A model generated the notes under the pieces. It did no database searches. It saw nothing but the letters and a program-made list of their open reading frames with translations, and was not told the origin of the DNA. The position numbers were made by a program, and so were the translations under genes. A stretch of 64,000 bases of DNA from NCBI GenBank assembly GCA_946965045.2, contig OX337234.1, positions 1,302,001 through 1,366,000 of the forward strand, in the 5' to 3' direction. This DNA comes from Epithemia pelagica. Lineage: Eukaryota > Protista > Bacillariophyta. This document shows, piece by piece, positions 1 to 10,528 of the stretch (within the stretch, counting starts at the first letter, position 1; each line of letters starts with the position of its first letter).

Positions 1-135
1 ATTGCTCCGGATAAGGATGATTAGTGCGTCTTCTTTAATCTCTACAGTGACGTCAGCAAAACTGAAAACTGTACAACTGAGAGTAGATTCCAATCCGTGA
101 AATCCTCCACTACCTACCTAGGTTAACGCCATTCG

Positions 136-195
136 TAAGCGAGTAGCGTATAGCTGTCTCCCATATAAGCGAGACAGCTATACGCTACTCGCTTA
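136..195. repeat. Perfect 25-bp hairpin
   Basis: TAAGCGAGTAGCGTATAGCTGTCTC (136-160), 10-nt loop, GAGACAGCTATACGCTACTCGCTTA (171-195). Confidence 0.95.
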
Positions 196-887
196 ACTTC
201 GACTTGCCTTAACTTCATATAAATTCAATTCCACACTAATTTGACTTTATCGTTGTATAGAGCTTTGGAATATGGAACAACTTCAGATATGATAGTCTAC
301 AGTAAAGATCCACTCATTAGCTTGATATTTGAACTTGAAAAATTGGTGATTTTCCTCATTTTCGCTCATTTACATCTTCCATCGGCTGAGCACCAACTTT
401 AGTACGCTTTATATGTGTGACATCTGCACCGATTGTTGCAGGACTCTCTATTCTGGAGATCTATATGGCAAAGAAGGCCTTGACCAAAGGAAATGTCGTC
501 CCAACCCTTCCCTGTGGAAAATGACGACCGTGAGTCGGCGCAACTGGATTCGTCGCAATGGCTCATCAATCCACATGCCAAGCAACCCGTCCAAGATATC
601 GATCTCAGATGCCAAGTGACCCGTCCAAGGTGCTACCAACCTTGCACCTGAAGCCAGTACAACAGTACCAGAGGAAGCTGATGATGAGGAGGCAGATATA
701 CACAAGAAAGAGGAGAAGGACTGCCGGCAACAGCAATATGGAAGAGGATGAGAACAACACGAAAGACAACAACGTCTATGGTGAGGACGACGAAACAACG
801 GAAATCCACTGATTGTGAGAACAACAGTAGATAGGAATAAACAGAGATTTGTAGATGTGAAGAGTTATTTTGTTGACTTCTCGTATC

Positions 888-956
888 ACTACATCATGGT
901 CGCTACATCATGGTCACAACATCATGGACTAGGTGTCAACATCATGGACTAGGTGC
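888..956. repeat. Short tandem repeat with ACATCATGG core (4 copies)
   Basis: ACATCATGG occurs four times; the last two copies extend to CAACATCATGGACTAGGTG. Confidence 0.85.
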
Positions 957-1040
957 CACTTGTATGACAACACCAACGGAGGGGGCAATTGTCATATTGC
1001 TTAACACGGGTCGGGTTAGTGTTTTGAGAAGGGAGACAAC

Positions 1041-1101
1041 TAAGCGAGTAGCACGTTGTCTCCCATAAATTTTATGGGAGACAACTATATGCTACTCGCA
1101 T
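1041..1101. repeat. Hairpin cassette homologous to 136-195
   Basis: GTTGTCTCCCATAAA-T-TTTATGGGAGACAAC (1055-1085) is a perfect 15-bp-arm hairpin, flanked by TAAGCGAGTAGC and GCTACTCGCATA. Confidence 0.9.
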
Positions 1102-1204
1102 AAGCTTAACACCCGTTCTTTATGAATGGCGTTAATGTTTTGACTCCCCACCAGTCTCGTGTCTCGCATTGCCTCATTCTTATCATCTCGTTCTAACTTG
1201 CAAT

Positions 1205-1876
1205 ATGGAGGGAGACTCTGACTGTGACGACACCGATGCACTGAACGATTGGTACAACAAGAGGAGGAAGCTGGTTCACACCATCAACCAAGCTGCTGCC
1301 TTGGCAGCCACTATCATTCTTGAAGACAAACAAGATCAACAGTCTTTTTCCACCCAATTCTCGGAAGCACGGGCACTGTCGACCCCTCGTAATCGCACGT
1401 CAAGAATCATGAATATGGTCAGAGATGAGACTAGCCAGATTGTTGCCATGACTGCTATGCTGTCTCCATGGTACATCAGTTGTGTTTCCAACCCTCGTCC
1501 TCTACTAGACCCTACATGGTTGAAGACCTTCAGGTTGAGGTTTCGCATATCTTATGGTGCCCTTTTCCCTATTCTGTTGAAGAAAACCAAAGATGACAGC
1601 CAAGTTGAACTGTTTGGTCGATGGACAGAAGATGGTTCTCCGCGTCAAGAGTTGAGGTCCCCTATAGAACTACTTTTATTGGGGGCCTTACGATACAATA
1701 TCTTCACCGTGGAGATGGACTTTTGACGATTTGTATGAAAATACAGGCACAGTCGCGAGGTACATCGTTGCTTTATCCATACCTTTATCAAGTTTGGACA
1801 GCAGACTTTGTTCATTGAATATGTTCGTATCCCAACTACGGTCAAAGAGGCACGATGATCTGACTACGAGAATGCG
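1205..1876 (+). pseudogene. PIF/Harbinger-like DDE transposase, N-terminal fragment, frameshifted and truncated
   Basis: Reads SPIELLLLGALRY, then across frameshifts (G)WTFDDLYENTG and EVHRCFIHTFIKFGQQTLFIEYVRIPTTVKEAR. This matches the LLGxLRYLGRGWTFDDL...HRxFFHxF pattern I recognise from diatom/plant Harbinger-type transposases. It ends at the LINE junction. Confidence 0.6.
1859..1876 (+). repeat. 18-bp target-site duplication, left copy (TCTGACTACGAGAATGCG)
   Basis: Identical to 10176-10193; the two copies bracket the LINE. Confidence 0.85.
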
Positions 1877-1999
1877 AAAAAAAAAAAGGTACAGTCTATT
1901 TTAACGCTGCCGCGTGTACCCGCTAGGGTATCGTCGACCGACGCGCCCGGCCCCAGAAAACTGAGGCGAGGACTAACAGTACGGGAGATGGATGAAATA

Positions 2000-4900
2000 T
2001 TACGGGAAATGGTGTGCAGAACGGAGGATAACTGGGCGCCACGTATTGAGCCAGTTCCTCAATTGAATAGAAGTGGTGGCATAGGTGAAATGAACTTGGG
2101 GTGAATCGTAAAACAAAACAGAGTCGGCAGATTGGACCTGTGACCGAAGAGAATATACTTCGAGAACTTCTCGTTGCGCTTGAGAATAAGCAGAAGCTTC
2201 GATTGATTGTGGAGTATCACCATGAATATCGTTGTTACGTTGCAACCATAAACGATGCACATGGTGCCAGATAATAGTAATGGTAGAAGAAATGAGGCGA
2301 GAGCCGGAGAAAAGTGGAGAGGAAATATCCTGGGAAATAAGGAACTGGTCTTGAAGACGAGACCAATGTAAAGAGAAGCGGCCCATGAACACTTGTTCGA
2401 GGCCGATAGTAAGTTGGGAGGCAACTGCGCGTTGGTAAGGGAGCGGAACTGTAGGAAAGGAAGGAGGAACATCATGCAACCACGAGCGGAGACATTCGGT
2501 AAGGAGCATGGCTAGATGTGGATCGGCATTCAGAGAAGACCATTGTTTTTCAAGATCTGCAAGGAGCGCGGGAAACCATAAACGGTGAGGACATCGAAGA
2601 AAGTGAGTCAAGGTCTCGAGAGTCGAAGGACACAAGGGGCAGAAATCTTGGTAATAGGTAGCGTATCTTGATCGTAGATGCCCCAAAGGTAACCAATCAT
2701 GTATCAACTTAATGATAAAGTGGCGTTTGGGAAAATTTGCATTAATGGCTCTGCTATGTGACTGCCAGTCGATGCTGTCGAAGGTAGAAAGAGACCAATC
2801 AAACTTCGTGCACAAATAATGAGTCGATCGTTCACGAGTAGCGAGCCTGCGGAGAATGGAACGATAGTTGGAAGCTATGGTGCCTGATAAACCATGAAGG
2901 ACTGCCTGACTGCCAGAGATTAATGGAGCAATCGTGGATGAAACGTGGTCCGGGTAGGTGTAAGAGGAAGCAAGACCATCTGCGTCGACGTTCAATTGAG
3001 AGGGAAGCGGCAAAGTCGAATATACTTGCGCGTCGTCCTGATGACCCTTGACATGTTGAACGACCGGCAGTTCCGAAAACTGACGGAGAGAATAAGTAAT
3101 CGCTTGTTGTAAGTCCCAATCAGCGGTCATGGTGGAATACGGAAATTCCACCATCCATTCTAACCGTTTGTGGATTGTTTTAACCAGGCTTTCAGAATCG
3201 GTGTACAAGCGGAGCGATCCCGGTAGAGGAATATCACTGAAAGAGCAAAACTGTATGATGAAGCGAAGAAAAGCTAAGAATCCGTAGCTCTCCGCTCGGA
3301 AGGAAGACGTACGGTAGCCTGGAGCAGGACCATGTACCATAAAAAGACGAGTACCACCTTCAGTGGCGCAAGTACAACCGAAAGTACCAACAAACGACGC
3401 AGCAGAACCGTCGCTGCATAGTAACAGAGGGGCAGATTGAAGAAAGTGCGTGACCAATTCATGTTCCTCGCATACCAGTGTGCTCTCTGACATAAGTTGT
3501 CGTTCCCAAGAAGAAAGTTGACTAACATAAGAGTCGAAGCTTGAAGGAGAAGGAGAAGGTTGTGTAATAAGAACAGGGCATGACGGGAGAACCAGACGTG
3601 TAGACCCAGTATTGGCAGTAGCCACAGGACACGAAGAAGACGGAACAGTGGACCGAATCACTGGAGTTGATACAAAAACGGGCCCCATAGCTCGGAATTC
3701 TTGCCATTGTTGATGTGAAACGTAAACGTATAACTTGGATCGAGCTGAGTCCAGATACGAGAACCATTGGCGTGCTGTGTCATTACCGCCTACAAGCCAC
3801 CTGCATAAAGGAGATGCGAGGCGACGTGCGGACATAGGAGCAAGAAAAGATCCGAGAAACTTTCTCCATTTTCCCCAAGCGCGAGAACCAGGCCTTGTTT
3901 GGTATGGAGTTAGCAATTCGCAAGAAGATTTATTGTCTCGTCGTCCATCCAGTGAGGCAAGAGTAAAAGTGCAACCGTCGGGGGTAACGATATCGCTGAG
4001 CATTGTCACTTGAAGATACAACCGGCACGCGTTGATTAATTTGAGATCTGTTGCAGACGACGTAAAGGCTAGAGCTGAATCCATCAGAAAGACATCGTTT
4101 TCCCTTTGTAAGCGAGGTACAAAGTCTTCTTCTAGTTCGACACGACAATCCACCGAGGAAAGAAACTGACGGAGCTGTGGTACCCATTGCATTGGAGTCA
4201 AATGGGGGAGAGGGGTATGAACATCTTCGAGGATAGGAACACCAGTGCCAGCAAGAAACTGACCCCAGGACATCATGATGGAAGCTAACTTGTGGGGTAC
4301 ACCGTCTGAACGGATACAAGCCAGAAACAAATACAACTGTGCGATTCCGCGTTCAACTGAGAGAGTCCGCAAACCAATTCCGCCGTACTCTGAGGAGCCA
4401 TACACAACAGCATTCGGCATGTTGCGGTTGAAGCCGTACTTTGGTAAAAAGGCTTGTTTGAATTGTCGTTGTAAGGCAGTACAGTGTGAATTGGATAGTG
4501 TTGATGACGGTAGGGGGTAGCAAATACTCGGAAGGTATATAGCATGGTAGTAGGACCACGCATCTGTTCTTGAAAATGGACTCCTTGCCATAACTCTGGT
4601 ATGTTCCTGATTTCGTTTCAACAGTGCCAGAAATAACCCTTTGTCAGTGGCGTGGGGGGATTTTTGTACCCCTAAGGTCTTGTGACTTTTGAAAGCCGAT
4701 AGGTGCTTCAATGGTACGGACGGACGGCCGTCAGTAAAGGAAATAGTGATTGTAGGTCCGAAGCTTCCATCTCTCAAAAGAGGTAGGCCATCGATGGAGA
4801 AGCGGTAGTACATAAAATGATAAGAGCACTTCAACGGATTGAGGGCTCCTCCAGACAAACCAAGAAGATCATTCCATCTCTGAGCGTCTTCCTGCGCTTT

Positions 4901-7838
4901 GGACAAGTAATATTCAGGTGGTGCTGGATCGGTACGACAAAAATCGTTTACGCTGCCGCTAGTATCGTCGACAAACCCGATCATGTTGATTGTTGTGCGA
5001 ATTTTGCCGTCAGGAGAGACAAACGTAGCTCCGTGGGACTTCTCTTCATAGGTGTCAAAAAGAACGCTCGAGATCACACACCATATCGCAGGGGAATTAC
5101 CGGCTCCCTGTCCTGAACCATAAATCGGGTAGATCGTACAATGCTTGTAAGAACTCTCAGAAACCCCCAATTGTGTTTTAAGATAATACTTTGCTTCAGC
5201 CAATGTCTTGGCGTTGATAAAGACAATCGACCGGTTCTGGCCGAAACTCCGCGAGACCAGACTGCCAACCGATAATACAATCCGATCATAGCAAGCCGTG
5301 GCATCATAGTCGAGATGTACCAGAGGGCGTTTGCTTGCACGTGATATTTCATATTGAAATTCTTCACAAAGCGTTGGAATCACTGCATCCCGTCCCGGAA
5401 CGCCGCCAAATTGCGTAGGATGAATCACCTGTTGATTGGTGGAAAGCTGAATCATTTGTCGCCATTTGATTGCAAGAACAAGGTTGTAGTCTTGTTCGTA
5501 AAGGTGGATGACACGCAAACGATGGATGCGCAAATCGTTTGGTTCCTTCAAGATCATGACGTTTACTATATGTTTCCATCGGGAAAACGAATATTTGTTC
5601 TCGAGACCACAGTTCAAAATGCCAACTTGCCAATCAATCAGATCTTCCCTCTTGCGTTCCAGAGCTTGACCCTCCTCCGACGACGGATCCAAATCATGCG
5701 GTGCAATAAGTACCTTGCTATGTCCCAAATGAAAGCCTGATGGTGACGTTGTAGTAGACTCCGGCCACGATCGAATCTTACCAATCCAGTCCTCTTTGCT
5801 AATTGCGCATGGAATCGCATCTATAGCGACTCGCAACTTCATGTGATCCAATAAACTTTGTTGCATTTCGTCTAACTCATCTGATTGCAATTCTCCTTCT
5901 AAGATCAATTCCGCTGTGTGCGTGGAAGCACCCCAATCGCACCATTCCGAGAACGGAGCTTTCGTGGGAAAAGTCCCGTTCGCTTGGCCAAAGTGGCGTC
6001 TGTTTCGTTGAAGTAAACGTTCTTCGATCTCTGCTGGCGTATCTATCGTTATCCAGCTTGAGCAGTTGTTGTAGTCTGTTGTCGTAGTATCTGCTGGAAC
6101 GTCTAGGCGCGTGATTCCCGACTTCTGACTACCCCGATATTGCCGAAGTCGAGAGTACATTGCTTTCGTTCTTTCAGCTGCTATCCGAAACTTCAAAGCT
6201 TTTGATTGTTGTTTGTCTCCGCGATCCAAAGCTTCTTGGAGCGCTAGCTTCAATTCATTTTGGCGTTTAAAGACTGCTTGTTTTGTAAGAGTCTTGATTT
6301 TCTGTTGTACCACTCGAAGTTCAGAGCGACATTCGGAAATTGTAGAAGGGAAACCGCCCGTATAACCACGTTCTGTAATATGGGCAATGCCCGAATCGAA
6401 AGATCTCTTCAGCCGTGTCGCCGAAATGAGACGTTGAAGCAAGTTCTTTCGTTGTCGGAGCTCAGCAATCTCAGTAACATAGGGAACGCCACGCGGTTTC
6501 TTAGCGCACTGTTTGGCAGCATGCTCACCCGCACGTTGGAAATTTTGATCTAACCGTTCGGCTAATTCAGGATCCCATTCTTGTTGTAAAGCGGCAAGTC
6601 GTTCCGCAAATCTGTGTTCCTGGCAATACTGATGCTTGGCCTCAATATAAACTCGATTCGAGGACTTATCTTTGCTGGTGAAGTCTCGACAGGAGATTGG
6701 TCCAAGTTGTTGTGTTTTGTTTCCGAATAGTTTTTCTGCGTCAAAATCGATAAGTATATTACGATGGTCCCCGCGAGAGCGTTGACCAAACGGTTCGTAG
6801 CAGCCATCGACAACAGCCTCGGCAACCCAATCGGACGCTAACACGTAATCTATCCTGTCTTTTCCGCGAACGTGAGTACCAAATTCAGTAGTTCCAAGTA
6901 TCTGACTCATTACGTCGCATAAATCAGCTCTGAGCAAAGTTTCGACATGCCTTGATTCGAATCGTTGAGAGGTTCGTTGAAATCGCCAAGAAGAATAATA
7001 CCCGAGTTTGCCGATTGCCTATCCCGTATGAAATCAGTCAGGTCCTGGATAAACGCTTCCCGTGGGGTGCAATACCGATTGTTCTGTCGGAGCATAGAAA
7101 CTTGCTGAGACGAGGCTGTGTATGAACGAATTTGCCCAGTGGAATCGTCAACGATCTTCTGCTTGCAAACTTGATACGCCGTATGATCGTGAGAGATCTA
7201 TGTCCGCGGCATGAGAAGACTTGATACGTCCATCGTCCAAGATTGTCTCGACCTTGAGCGGTGACTCTACCTGTTGTCTTTTCTTGAGTAACTTGAAGGA
7301 CACCTCCTGGTTAGTATTGTTTGCATCTTGGAGACGGAATGTTGCTGCTTGTGACAATCAACCTTGAATGCTCAGTGTGTCGTCGAAGTGTTGTTTCCAG
7401 TCGATTCCGAACTGAATGTTGCGTACTATCCAAATTTATTTCGTACAGTCCCCATGTATCCACCATAAGATTGGTCATCTCTAAACATAATTCCGCGAAT
7501 TCCCCACCGTCATGACCGATCTTGAGCCCATTCGGATTGCAACCGAACAAACGGAAAATGCCATCCTCTTTCCTGGGGTTCCTTGGTTGGCCGATAAAGC
7601 CGTTATTTGCGTAGTTCAGCTGTCCCGTCAGTGTCATTTCTTCTGGTTCTTGGTAATAAAAGTTCTCCTCGACTGCATCTTGATGTTGGTCTTGGATGTA
7701 ATCGTTGTGCGTGTTATTTGTGCTTGTGTTTGTGTCGTAGTCGGAGTGCATTGCATTTGTAATGTGATGAAATTCTTGATTTGGTTGTTCTTGGTTGTCT
7801 ACATTATAGGTTACCGTGCTATTACAATCTTGACTCAT
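2000..7838 (-). pseudogene. LINE ORF2: AP endonuclease + reverse transcriptase + RNase H + C-terminal zinc knuckle
   Basis: APE motifs: NPNG, EIN, Y*PGG, GRW, AYQVC, ILLGDFNE, IDYVL. RT motifs: QFGGVPGR, DYDATACYD, GSGQGAG, GFVDD. RNase H motifs: CSDGS, RAESYG, YTDSES, HVKGHQD, NVDAD. CPLC..ETLTHFLRC lies near the C-terminus. Lesions: TAA at 7311-7313 and single-base frameshifts near 7181 and 6923. ATG 7838 overlaps the ORF1 stop. Confidence 0.9.
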
Positions 7839-10020
7839 GACTAAACACACTGGTGTTGGTCATGGACTCATCCGCTGCACTGGAAGAGTTACCGTGATCC
7901 ATGCTCACATCAAGGGATGTGGCCGGCTGCTTGGAGTCGTGCTCGGTGGCTACACTGCCATCCTGACTCATTTCATTGGGTTTCCGTTTGTTGTGTTGGT
8001 TTGTCGCTGTTGCAATGTTGGTAGCTGTTGGTTGCTGTTGGTTTTGTTGAGGATGATCGTATTGTCCTTGAGGATGACTTGCAGGGCTTGGAGCGTTGTA
8101 ATGCTGTCCATCATTCTGTGGAGCAAAGTTTTGTTGCACTGGCATTCCTTGGTTCGAGACGTTGTGGTTATATTGGCCGTGAGGAGGAGGAGTAAAGTTT
8201 GGTTGTGGTGGTACTCCATGCATTTGTGGCGGTATTGATGAGTACATTGCCTGGTTTGATGGGTGAAAAGATGATGGCGGTTGTCCTTGAGGGTAAGGAG
8301 GTGGTCCTTGTGCTGCATAAGGAGGCATTGGTGGCGGCGGCATCTGTAATTGCTGGAACGACTGCATCATTTGTTGTTGCATTGCAGCCATCAATGTCTG
8401 AACCATTTTGTTTTTGTCTCGTTCTTGTTGAGCCTTCTGGTCTCGAATGTAATTTTGAAACCTAAGATCCAATTCATCGAATCTTGTTTGGAGTTTGTCT
8501 TTTTCTTCTTTCATGCGATCGTAATCTTCTTGACTCACTTGGCTAGAATCCAAGTCAGATGATTTGCCCCTCATTATGACTGTCTGGATAGGTACTGCAC
8601 TCGTCCACGCTTGCGTGGTTGGTCCAGTTGCAATCGGCGGAGAAACGTAGTTGTTTTGCTTTCGAGAACCTTCATTGACTTTGCCGTATGCTTTGTCTAA
8701 TGCAGTAATATAAGTTGCAAAAGATCCACCGTGAGAGGACCCTGCCGAGGAATCTTCATCTTCATCCATATCCGCGTAGACATTGCGTTTGAATGCTACT
8801 CTTGGCGGCAGATCAAATGGGACTGGGTTGAGACCATTAGAATTCTTTTCGGCATTGACAAGTGATTCTATGTTCATGCGTAGATATGACTTGATCGAAT
8901 CGAAATAATCTCTCGTTGTATGCACATTGTAACGTCCAATACGGTCGCTATCTTTGTGTTTTGTAACTCGTTGAACGCCTTCCATGCTACTCAGCTTTGA
9001 TGCAAGACTCCACATGATCGTTGGGTGTATTCCTGCTATCGGAACAATTTGAATTTCGCTCAGATAATGATTCTGTTCAATCATTGCATTGATGTACTTC
9101 TCTTTGTTCGGAGTGTGTTGAAGTCGGTGAAATAGAAATTCCGGATTGTCTTCATAGGTTATATGAAGTAACTCCAAAAGTTTCTTGGCATCTTGTTGCC
9201 GGCACTGGAAGTCGAATGCTTTTGTAGAAAACGGATCGCCTGAGTCGAAGATCATGGGCGAGGAGTAGTTGCAACAAAATTTTGGTATTTTCTTTTCCGG
9301 TGTTCTTGTCTTGCGAGCGATTTCTTTCTGAACCATTTCTTGCATTTCGTCCGGAAGGATGTTACTTGGGTCATACCCAACGAAAAATCCTAGATTTGAA
9401 ATTCTGATTTCATCCTCTTTCCACATGTGTCTGGTCATCTTGGCGTGGGAGGACTTGAGTTTTTCATCGACAGAAAAGTGACGACGAATCTCGCTGAGTG
9501 CGATTCGGGAGAGAATACGATGTACTACCATATAAATTGGAGTTCTGCTCTTGTTCCTGTTGCCCTTGGAGTAGTGAAGGTCGTAATGGCGAAGATATGC
9601 CGTATATGACTGAAGCGATTCGATCTTTTTTCGGCCAAGTCTCGTACCTCTGTTGTCGTAGATTTTCACTTCAGGGTATACTTTAGCGCTTGTTTGCAAG
9701 ATCGCATAATGGTAACGGGCAACTTCAGTGCTTTGTTTGTCATCTTTGGGACGAAACATAAATTTGATGGTATACTCCTTTTCTTCTCCTTCATACGCAA
9801 TGGGTTGGTTCGTAGTCGTTGCGGTAGCGGCACTTGCATCGTCGGTGTTGTTTTCGTTGGGGGCATTATCGTTGCTACTGCTGTTTGTGTTGTTGTTGTT
9901 AGGTTCCTTCGATACCTCTTGAGTTCCAGGTTGTTGAGTACCAGTTTGTGGATCTGAATTATCCTTCATCGTTGAATCATTGCCAGAAACGGCATGAGCT
10001 CCATTGGATCGTTCCGCCAT
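7822..10020 (-). CDS. LINE ORF1 (gag-like protein with coiled coil and Q/P/N-rich tail)
   Basis: Long uninterrupted ORF immediately upstream of ORF2; first ATG at 10020 (MAERSNG). Confidence 0.85.
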   Translation of the reverse strand: MAERSNGAHAVSGNDSTMKDNSDPQTGTQQPGTQEVSKEPNNNNTNSSSNDNAPNENNTDDASAATATTTNQPIAYEGEEKEYTIKFMFRPKDDKQSTEVARYHYAILQTSAKVYPEVKIYDNRGTRLGRKKIESLQSYTAYLRHYDLHYSKGNRNKSRTPIYMVVHRILSRIALSEIRRHFSVDEKLKSSHAKMTRHMWKEDEIRISNLGFFVGYDPSNILPDEMQEMVQKEIARKTRTPEKKIPKFCCNYSSPMIFDSGDPFSTKAFDFQCRQQDAKKLLELLHITYEDNPEFLFHRLQHTPNKEKYINAMIEQNHYLSEIQIVPIAGIHPTIMWSLASKLSSMEGVQRVTKHKDSDRIGRYNVHTTRDYFDSIKSYLRMNIESLVNAEKNSNGLNPVPFDLPPRVAFKRNVYADMDEDEDSSAGSSHGGSFATYITALDKAYGKVNEGSRKQNNYVSPPIATGPTTQAWTSAVPIQTVIMRGKSSDLDSSQVSQEDYDRMKEEKDKLQTRFDELDLRFQNYIRDQKAQQERDKNKMVQTLMAAMQQQMMQSFQQLQMPPPPMPPYAAQGPPPYPQGQPPSSFHPSNQAMYSSIPPQMHGVPPQPNFTPPPHGQYNHNVSNQGMPVQQNFAPQNDGQHYNAPSPASHPQGQYDHPQQNQQQPTATNIATATNQHNKRKPNEMSQDGSVATEHDSKQPATSLDVSMDHGNSSSAADESMTNTSVFSHESRL

Positions 10021-10175
10021 GGTCAGCCAGAAACTTAGGACCGCCGCTACACTTTCTGGCGTAGGGCTTAGTACAAAATCTACAGAGACACCAGAAACTT
10101 TCCTTAAACCCAGTACTGACGTTACTTTCAATTTCGCCTTCTACGAAAATGCTTCCTCAAGATCTCAACTTTGTG

Positions 10176-10193
10176 TCTGACTACGAGAATGCG
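10176..10193 (+). repeat. 18-bp target-site duplication, right copy
   Basis: Identical to 1859-1876. Confidence 0.85.
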
Positions 10194-10528
10194 GTAGTCT
10201 ACCCATTACCCCAACCTGTCCGCACAAACTCTTTCGTCATTCCTGTCCCCCACGCTAAATTTGGGGGTTGGGGTTGGGGGCAAATTTTCATTTCCAACAG
10301 ACGATATCGTCGGATTCGTTCAGCAGATAGACAGTAAGGTGTTTCTTACGGGTCATTCGGGAATGGATACTACGGGACTGCGGAACGTGACTGTGGAACG
10401 TGCATAGTCATCACGTTTACCTCTTATTGTCTTATTGAATTGAAAGGAGATCCTCGATAGTGTGAAATCTGATCTTAGATCTTAGTCTTTTTCTTAACGA
10501 AGTGAACTCGCTCTACTGACGTAGATAA

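Larger units (their letters stand above)
123..1135. mobile_element. ~1 kb non-autonomous TIR DNA transposon (MITE-like), superfamily unresolved
   Basis: TTAACGCCATTCGTAA (123-138) is the inverted repeat of TTATGAATGGCGTTAA (1120-1135), 15/16 match. The ends read as a TTAA or TA target duplication. Related palindromic cassettes lie inside both ends. No convincing ORF inside. Confidence 0.6.
1877..10175 (-). mobile_element. Full-length non-LTR retrotransposon (APE-RT-RNase H; Ambal/L1-Tx1-like), ORF2 inactivated
   Basis: Two overlapping minus-strand ORFs, an 18-bp direct repeat on each side, and an 11-nt homopolymer at the 3' end (1877-1887). The clade call rests on domain content only. Confidence 0.9.

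Noticed and set aside
10175-10186. GTCTGACTACG resembles the tRNA-Arg(ACG) anticodon arm, suggesting a tRNA target
   Set aside because: The match is only 11 nt, the stem cannot close, and no cloverleaf is present in the flanks.
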